Below are positions 57,753 to 64,000 of a stretch of 64,000 nt of DNA, piece after piece; position 1 is the first letter of the stretch; each line of letters begins with the position of its first letter. The position numbers were made by a program, and so were the translations under genes. The DNA is taken from NCBI GenBank assembly GCA_021399345.1, contig JAAFKI010000045.1, positions 160,001-224,000 of the forward strand. The letters are read 5' to 3'. The notes beneath the pieces are model-generated. The model had not been told where the DNA came from. It was given only the letters and a program-made list of their open reading frames with translations, and ran no database searches. Source of the stretch: Candidatus Heimdallarchaeota archaeon. Its GTDB lineage: Archaea; Asgardarchaeota; Heimdallarchaeia; Heimdallarchaeales; Heimdallarchaeaceae.

Positions 57753-58364
57753 CTAAGATATTGGAACTTGACGAATCACATTCTTATATAATAAATCATT
57801 AGTAGCTCTTTCTGCATCATTTTCAGTTAATTTCATCAATTTTACTATATCACTTAGAGTAGCTGACCCCTTGTATTTCAATAAAGAGATCACCTTTTGT
57901 TGCTGATTACTAAATTTATTACCGATATCTCTATTAATAATCTGAGGATTAAGCTCTAGCTTGGAATAAGACAGATTTGCTATTGGAATACTATACTTCT
58001 TAAGCTGAGTGTCTACATATTCAGTCATATTAGCAAAATGTTCTACCCTACCTCTCCAATCCTTCAATTCATCTGCAAAACGGGAATGAAACTCATTCTG
58101 AATTTTATGTAGATCCTGTCTAACAGTTGTGTCATCATCGCTGTTATCGATACAAGCAACAGTTACTGTTTGATTAGACGTTTTATATATGAATTTGTAA
58201 CTAGTTGTTTGCAAGAAATCGCAACCCCCATCGACATTTTGTGCAAAAATCTCAATTGCACTGAGAAAACTAGTAATGAGGTTTTCATCATGTTCTATGC
58301 TACCGTACTTACGATGAAAGAGACATTCTCCTGTATCTTTAGCAATCCAAATATTATGAAGCAT
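57753..58364 (-). CDS. Longin-like domain + winged-helix protein
   Basis: MLHNIWIAKDTGECLFHRKY...DENLITSFLSAIEIFAQ; C-terminal wHTH (GSATLSDIV...LLYKNVI); ATG 58364. Confidence 0.7.
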   Translation of the reverse strand: MLHNIWIAKDTGECLFHRKYGSIEHDENLITSFLSAIEIFAQNVDGGCDFLQTTSYKFIYKTSNQTVTVACIDNSDDDTTVRQDLHKIQNEFHSRFADELKDWRGRVEHFANMTEYVDTQLKKYSIPIANLSYSKLELNPQIINRDIGNKFSNQQQKVISLLKYKGSATLSDIVKLMKLTENDAERATNDLLYKNVIRQVPIS

Positions 58365-58514
58365 AGAGTTCAAGAAATTAAAATCGCTTGAACACAAAAA
58401 CTCACATAATACATGGGTATTTTCACATGCACACTAAAATAAATTGAAAAGTGAATTAGAAATCTTTAAACAACTGAATTTCAGGAAATTGACTATTTAA
58501 ATTTGTTTTACCTC

Positions 58515-58979
58515 TTATCCTAAATCAAAATCACTTTTTTTTACAAGAGTAAAACCACATCGACCACACTTTAAGATATAAGAATCGTCTTTTGTTCCTC
58601 GCCCAGCATGCTTTAAGTTATATCTACAGTTTGGACACAAAATATCACCAGGTTCAAGGGATAAAATTCTATCCATTTCTAGAGTGAAGTGATGTTGTTG
58701 TTCTATAATCTCAGATGTTGAAGACAAATAATATCCTTCAGAATATTTGGAAATAATAATTGTATCTCCACTCTTTACTGGATATTCGTTAAACCATTCA
58801 TCAAGTCCAGTTAAATGGTTAGCCTCAGTAATATGGCTTCCGTAGGTATCATTATATGATTCTATAAAAAAAAGAATCCCTTCTTTAGGAAACATTTTTC
58901 TATCTTTTTCTGGAATAATGATTACATCACTTTTAACTTCATCATTAGATAGATGCTGAATTATGAATCCTACATGCAT
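58515..58979 (-). CDS. B3/pseudobarrel-like domain + zinc ribbon protein
   Basis: IIIPEKDRKMFP...HLTGLDEWF..YPVKSGDTIII; CPNC-x16-CGRC. Confidence 0.55.
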   Translation of the reverse strand: MHVGFIIQHLSNDEVKSDVIIIPEKDRKMFPKEGILFFIESYNDTYGSHITEANHLTGLDEWFNEYPVKSGDTIIISKYSEGYYLSSTSEIIEQQHHFTLEMDRILSLEPGDILCPNCRYNLKHAGRGTKDDSYILKCGRCGFTLVKKSDFDLG

Positions 58980-59080
58980 CGATTGAACCTCATTGGGGAA
59001 TTCTTGTTTATAGAAAATGATCTAATAAATAAGTAAGAGATAAGCGTTTATCTCTTTTTCGACAAATTAGCAGTAAATCA

Positions 59081-60007
59081 TTAAGATAATTCTTTCTGTA
59101 AATCCAAGAATTCTTGTGGAACAATAGTTTTCATTGGTTTAGGAGCCACTTCAAATGAAATATCAGTCGCAGCAAAATTGACGATTTCACCTTCAACTTC
59201 CACTGGTAAGCCTTTTTCCAATTTTAAACTAATTTTCTTAGCTCTAATGTACTCAACACCTTTTGTACCTATGTGTTTTCCTGATTTTAAAATATTCAAT
59301 AAGTAAAATTGTCTCGTTTTTTTGAGGTTAAATGCATAACATACTGCAAAGTCCTTAAAGAAGTGATAATTACCTGGAAGAATCTGAAATCCACTACCAA
59401 AACGACTACCTACACCAGCAGCAATTATAACTAGTTTTCCTTCCAATTCATCTTGATCATCAATTTTTATCACACAATTAACTAAACGATATTGTAGTAA
59501 TTTTTTTACTGCAAGATAATAATATTTCACAAAACCCCTTAACCATTTGGCTTCTGTAAAAGATGCAACTGAAACAGTTGCTCCAACACCAGTATCAACA
59601 ATATTAACAAAATATCTTTGATCTTCATCGGCTTTTGCTATACCAACAGTTAAATCACAGGTTGAACCTTTTTCAAGGATATCCAGACTCTTGTGATAAT
59701 TATCATCAAATTTGATACCCCTTGCAAAATCGTTACCATTTCCGAGGGGGAGCAATGCAAACGTAGCATTTAAACCATATAATCCATTTGCTACTTCATT
59801 TACAGTACCATCGCCACCAGTAGCCACAACAACGTCAAATTCTTCACCTCTTGATTTGGCGATTTCGATGGCATGATTAGGTTCTTTTGTCATTTCAACA
59901 GTATAATTCAAGCCACGTTTAACTATTTCTTCTTCAACTTCTGGCCACATCTCCCCTATATCGCCATTTCTAGCCTTAGGATTTACAATAAAAAGATATG
60001 AGGTCAT
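59081..60007 (-). CDS. Diacylglycerol kinase family lipid kinase (YegS/DgkB-like)
   Basis: FIVNP, GGDGTVNEVANG, LPLGNGNDFAR, YFVN, EGE. Confidence 0.92.
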   Translation of the reverse strand: MTSYLFIVNPKARNGDIGEMWPEVEEEIVKRGLNYTVEMTKEPNHAIEIAKSRGEEFDVVVATGGDGTVNEVANGLYGLNATFALLPLGNGNDFARGIKFDDNYHKSLDILEKGSTCDLTVGIAKADEDQRYFVNIVDTGVGATVSVASFTEAKWLRGFVKYYYLAVKKLLQYRLVNCVIKIDDQDELEGKLVIIAAGVGSRFGSGFQILPGNYHFFKDFAVCYAFNLKKTRQFYLLNILKSGKHIGTKGVEYIRAKKISLKLEKGLPVEVEGEIVNFAATDISFEVAPKPMKTIVPQEFLDLQKELS

Positions 60008-60057
60008 AATATTTTAGATTTTTTGCATGTATTTAAACTTTCAGCCAAAAGGAAAAA

Positions 60058-60148
60058 TGGAGCCCTGAGGGGGATTTGAACCCCCGTTCTGCGACTTTCT
60101 CGACTTTGTTACGAGATCGCCGCTCTAGCCAGGCTGAGCTATCGGGGC
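60058..60148 (-). tRNA. tRNA-Thr(CGT) with 13-nt intron (60097-60109), CCA encoded
   Basis: Cloverleaf after removing ACAAAGTCGAGAA at 37/38; CTCG/CGAG central helix; U73 discriminator. Confidence 0.93.
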
Positions 60149-60266
60149 TTGTTGTTGCATTTTATAACTTTTCAATTTATTTTTTTTTCTGTATTCTTTA
60201 GCGACCAAAGTCATATTGAGGACAATAAAGATATTACTAAAAGAAAATCAACAGGTGTTTTTAGAA

Positions 60267-61511
60267 TTAATCAAGTGGGAAAGCTGCATATCCTCTAAAT
60301 TCAATCCAATCTCTTAGTTGATTCTCAATTATTTCTTGTACAGTATCCTGGTCAAGATTTGTTGCCATTTCTTCATCTTGCGTCAGTACTGCCATTATAT
60401 AGATATCCCCACTGAAATGCAAGTCTCTTAAAATAAATATCTCATTGGTATCATCTTCAAGAGTATACCTACGTATTCGTAAAAATGGTTCGCGAATATT
60501 CACTATCGTTTCAATGGCCTCATAATATGCATTGTGTGCAATATCTACATACTGATCACCTGTTGTGTATTGAGCAAAACAGACATTACTTCTTGAATCA
60601 TAAAGACCAAAGAAATCAGCATTTAGCTGCTCTGCAACTTTTTGAGATGCTTCTTGAGTACCTTGTTCAATTAAGGAAATTCCCCTAAATATGTGAGAAA
60701 AGGCCCCAAGAATTGACGAACGTATCTTTACACTTGTTCTGAAAAAGTCTTTTGCAGGATTGAAAAAAGAACAGTTTTTTGACATATACTCAATTATTGA
60801 ACCAAAAATTTCAGTGCTTTTCTCGTCTATTTCATAATCAGGATCAGATTTATGGAAAAATATTTTCCAAGGAACTTTAAGTTTTAGAGCATTTGCTACA
60901 TTAGTTATTTGCTTCAGATACTCAAAACTCTCTTCAAACCTATCTTTAGCTTGCACATCAATAACGAATATAATAACATCAGTTCCAATGAAATATTGTT
61001 GAGGATTGTTCAAATAGTCTTCACGGTATATACTTTGTCCACCTAATTCATGCATGTGAATATCCATTCCAAAAACCTCGATTTTGCTTCTTAATAATCC
61101 TCTTGTAGGAGTAAGAGCATATAATTTTTGGAATAACAATGACAAGGCTCCTCTGTGCTTTAATGCAATTGAAAGAGAAGTTTTTCCTGCATTATCGATC
61201 CCTACCATGATTATCTTTGCACCTGAAGTAACTTTTTCAGTTTCTTCTAAAGATACTAAACGACTCGCCGCTATCCAGCTATTTACTCTTTCTTTTGGAA
61301 TCTTTTTAACCATTTTATCATATTGTTCATTCCATTTGTTTGCAAGATCTTCAATGGTTTCTAATCCTAATTCTTTAAGAAACTTTGATTCATCTTCAGA
61401 AATATCTAATAGAGCTTGAACTGGAAAATTTTTGATATTCTTTTGCTTTTGGTACTCTTCTTTTAGAAGCTTCTCTTTTAATTCAACCATGGTTTTCTTC
61501 TCCGGAGACAT
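60267..61511 (-). CDS. Arf/Rag-like small GTPase with N-terminal HhH-like and C-terminal longin/roadblock-like domains
   Basis: G1 GIDNAGKT, G2 PT, G3 ELGGQ, FVID, G4 HKSD, G5 TSV. Confidence 0.85.
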   Translation of the reverse strand: MSPEKKTMVELKEKLLKEEYQKQKNIKNFPVQALLDISEDESKFLKELGLETIEDLANKWNEQYDKMVKKIPKERVNSWIAASRLVSLEETEKVTSGAKIIMVGIDNAGKTSLSIALKHRGALSLLFQKLYALTPTRGLLRSKIEVFGMDIHMHELGGQSIYREDYLNNPQQYFIGTDVIIFVIDVQAKDRFEESFEYLKQITNVANALKLKVPWKIFFHKSDPDYEIDEKSTEIFGSIIEYMSKNCSFFNPAKDFFRTSVKIRSSILGAFSHIFRGISLIEQGTQEASQKVAEQLNADFFGLYDSRSNVCFAQYTTGDQYVDIAHNAYYEAIETIVNIREPFLRIRRYTLEDDTNEIFILRDLHFSGDIYIMAVLTQDEEMATNLDQDTVQEIIENQLRDWIEFRGYAAFPLD

Positions 61512-61668
61512 CTCACGATTTTAAACTGAGCTACGTTAACATAGTTGTATCTCATTCAAATAAGTATTTTGCTAATGTTGCATCAACAGTATTTTATTCT
61601 TCTTTGCAGAAATAAAGTTTAAAAAGGCAAAAGCTAGCGCTTAATAAACCCTTATGGAGTAGACTCAA

Positions 61669-63705
61669 GTGCGAACACATAATCTTAGAAAACTAATGGT
61701 CGTATCTATATATATTCTCAGCTTAGTTACAGCAAGTTTTGTAGGTATATCATTCACTACTGCAACTATTGATGAAAACAGAAATCCAACATATTCTCCT
61801 CTAGTCGACATATTGCTATATAATAACACTCCACCCATTATTGATGGAGATTTAGAAAGCTATGCCGGAGAGTGGGAAAACGCCACAATACAAGAAAATA
61901 GTTTTGGAGTTGGACCAAGTAGAATAACTATAACAATTCGTGTTCAAACAAATGTAACTCACTTATTCATGGGTATTAGTTATGTTAGTAGCATCTTTGT
62001 TCCAATAAATGCAACAATTCCAGTTGGTGATTCCTACAATAATGAATCCCATACTTGGTATGCTATTATATTTGATAACAACTTTGATGAAAGAATTGGA
62101 TATAGTAATGATGCCGCAGACGATGTTGCTTTAATCAATTATAGACAAGAGGGAGCACAAGATGCGTACATAAATGGTACAGCAACAAATTCATTGGTAT
62201 TGGATTTAAATATGACAGGACAAGAAAATACTGTTTCTGCATTAACTACTGAACTGGATGATTTTAACGACTATATTGTTTCATATGAAGTTGTTAAAGA
62301 ACTTGATTCACAAGATACTATTGGAAAAGACATCTCAGTAAAGGAAGGGGAACCCCTACGATACATGTTTATCATACATCAAAACGACACAGCATTATAC
62401 AATCATACCATTATAAATAATAAAATTACAGCATGGAATACAATCAGGCTAGAAACTGTCCATGACTATTTTTCATACGTAGATGATCCTTCAGAAATTA
62501 ACATTCTAGTATATATTTCAGATTCTTCTAGCACAGTAGAAAGAAATCTCACTAATATAGCAACACTAATTCGAGCTTATGGTTTTAATGAATCAGTAAA
62601 GAAGGCTTCAGAAGGTTTTGTAATTACTTATGACAGAATGAAAGATATGGATTTGGTCATTCTAGTTGGTTCTCATATTGATTTAACAAAGGATGAAATT
62701 GATGATACGAGATATTATGTAGCTTCAGGAGGAAGTTTGTATATTCTTGGAGATACAACTAATCATGATAGTAAAATAAATGATCTACTAAGTAACTTCG
62801 GTTTCCAAACATACAATGACACACTTTATTCAAAAGACATTGGTATCAATTCAACAATTGAAATCGATGTGAACGCCATAATCAATCTTCCTTACTTTAC
62901 TGAAACAAATATACTAACAAATCAATCAATTAATACAATAGAATATCAAGGATCAGCCATTATATTTGATGATGATAATGGAACTCTTATCTTGGGTGAG
63001 GGATACTATCAATTCCAGGAAGGAGACCTTTATGCTTCAATAAACAAATCTGGTGAGTTTTATATTGATCAAGTGAAAGATGGTGTTTTCAACAGTTCAG
63101 AGGATATTTCTTTGAATAGCTCTGCATCAATTCAGGCAGCTTTAGAATTGCAAAGAGGTGGAAAGCTTTTAGCATTTGCTTCAGCTGATATTTTCAATTC
63201 AACTAATATTCTTAAAGCTGATAACAAATATCTATTCCTAAGACAAATTCAATGGTTACTTAATCTACAACATCAAATCTCATATGACAACTTCGTTGTA
63301 GATGATTTGACTATATTCGAAGGGGATAACATTACTGCAAGTATCACTGTTAGAGGAGACGAAAACAGTACAATAGCAGATGTTCAAGTTTGGATTGTTG
63401 TGCTAGAATTGAAAGTAGATACTAACAAATCACTTCTAATCAATTCTGGTGATGGTATAAACTTCAATGGAAGAATTGTTCCAGATTCAAGTATTAAAAC
63501 TCAGTTTATCGATGTTTCAATTCGTATGCATAAGAGAGGGTATGGTTACAATGAAACCAATCTAGTTGAAGTTTTCATGGAGCCAGTTCTCAATACAAGC
63601 ATCAGGATTGATATCATAGCTCTGATCATATTTATCACATCTATTGGTCTCGCTGTTATCGGTGGTTTGGCTATAAAAAGATTTAAAATTATTAAAGAAG
63701 AGTAA
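61669..63705 (+). CDS. Surface glycoprotein: DOMON/CBM9-like + GIFT (GldG/IFT52/DUF4350-like) domain + C-terminal TM
   Basis: Signal peptide; PIIDG......EW; DLVILVGS...T.DEID....YVASGGSLYILGD...INDLLSNFGF; GKLLAFASADIF; TM then KRFK. Confidence 0.7.
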   Translation: MRTHNLRKLMVVSIYILSLVTASFVGISFTTATIDENRNPTYSPLVDILLYNNTPPIIDGDLESYAGEWENATIQENSFGVGPSRITITIRVQTNVTHLFMGISYVSSIFVPINATIPVGDSYNNESHTWYAIIFDNNFDERIGYSNDAADDVALINYRQEGAQDAYINGTATNSLVLDLNMTGQENTVSALTTELDDFNDYIVSYEVVKELDSQDTIGKDISVKEGEPLRYMFIIHQNDTALYNHTIINNKITAWNTIRLETVHDYFSYVDDPSEINILVYISDSSSTVERNLTNIATLIRAYGFNESVKKASEGFVITYDRMKDMDLVILVGSHIDLTKDEIDDTRYYVASGGSLYILGDTTNHDSKINDLLSNFGFQTYNDTLYSKDIGINSTIEIDVNAIINLPYFTETNILTNQSINTIEYQGSAIIFDDDNGTLILGEGYYQFQEGDLYASINKSGEFYIDQVKDGVFNSSEDISLNSSASIQAALELQRGGKLLAFASADIFNSTNILKADNKYLFLRQIQWLLNLQHQISYDNFVVDDLTIFEGDNITASITVRGDENSTIADVQVWIVVLELKVDTNKSLLINSGDGINFNGRIVPDSSIKTQFIDVSIRMHKRGYGYNETNLVEVFMEPVLNTSIRIDIIALIIFITSIGLAVIGGLAIKRFKIIKEE

Positions 63706-63788
63706 TCGCTTCTTCTCTTTTTATTTTATATTCCTTGAAAAAATCTTATTACTGTGTTCATTAATATTTATCTGAAGTTGATAATTTT

Positions 63789-64000
63789 ATGATAACTCTG
63801 GCGATATTTTCAGATGTACATTCTAACTTAGAAGCTCTAAATATTGTTACAGACCATATTAAAGACTCATCTCCAGATATTATTATCTACCTTGGAGACA
63901 CTGTTGGTTATGGTCCCAATCCAAAGGAATGTATAGAAATTGTGGAAAACCTGGCTCAGATCCATGTTGTTGGAAATCACGATTACGCCATCTGGAAAGA
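63789..64000 (+). CDS. Metallophosphoesterase, truncated by window edge (not in ORF track)
   Basis: Manual translation MITLAIFSDVHSNLEAL...YLGDTVGYGPNPKEC...VGNHDY. Confidence 0.9.
   Translation, partial: MITLAIFSDVHSNLEALNIVTDHIKDSSPDIIIYLGDTVGYGPNPKECIEIVENLAQIHVVGNHDYAIWK

Noticed and set aside
47238-60148. Region between two tRNAs as an integrated element
   Set aside because: No integrase or att duplication seen; contains core genes (rnpB, proteasome)
1098-61419. Numerous 60-140 aa ORFs nested in or antisense to long genes (e.g. 20185-20613, 28219-28593, 29411-29725, 61084-61419)
   Set aside because: Shadow frames of well-supported CDSs, Ser/Ile/Phe-rich and without motifs

Overview
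AT-rich, gene-dense archaeal chromosome segment, most likely from an Asgard archaeon (Heimdallarchaeia-like; inferred from gene content). Archaeal markers are archaeal-type PheS/PheT, split KEOPS Kae1/Bud32, proteasome alpha/beta, an intron-containing tRNA-Thr and an archaeal RNase P RNA. Eukaryote-signature domains include longin/roadblock proteins, an Arf/Rag-like GTPase, a RING finger and an Rpn11-like JAMM protease. The window holds about 52 CDS (two truncated at the edges), two tRNAs and rnpB; I saw no CRISPR array, integrase or transposase. The most striking candidates are (1) a single-pass receptor-like protein with a glycosylated ectodomain and a cytoplasmic Regnase/Zc3h12a-type NYN RNase, between rnpB and a wHTH-psmB-psmA-beta-CASP run; (2) three clustered paralogs sharing a roadblock-like domain; (3) a tail-anchored JAMM protease; (4) a 1666-aa surface protein with a cytoplasmic longin domain; (5) a winged-helix-repeat protein ending in a ZnF-RING. 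Metabolic oddities include folP-cofE coupling, a GcvH lacking its lipoyl lysine and a divergent 2-phosphoglycerate kinase pair. All domain calls come from reading motifs by eye, not from database searches.
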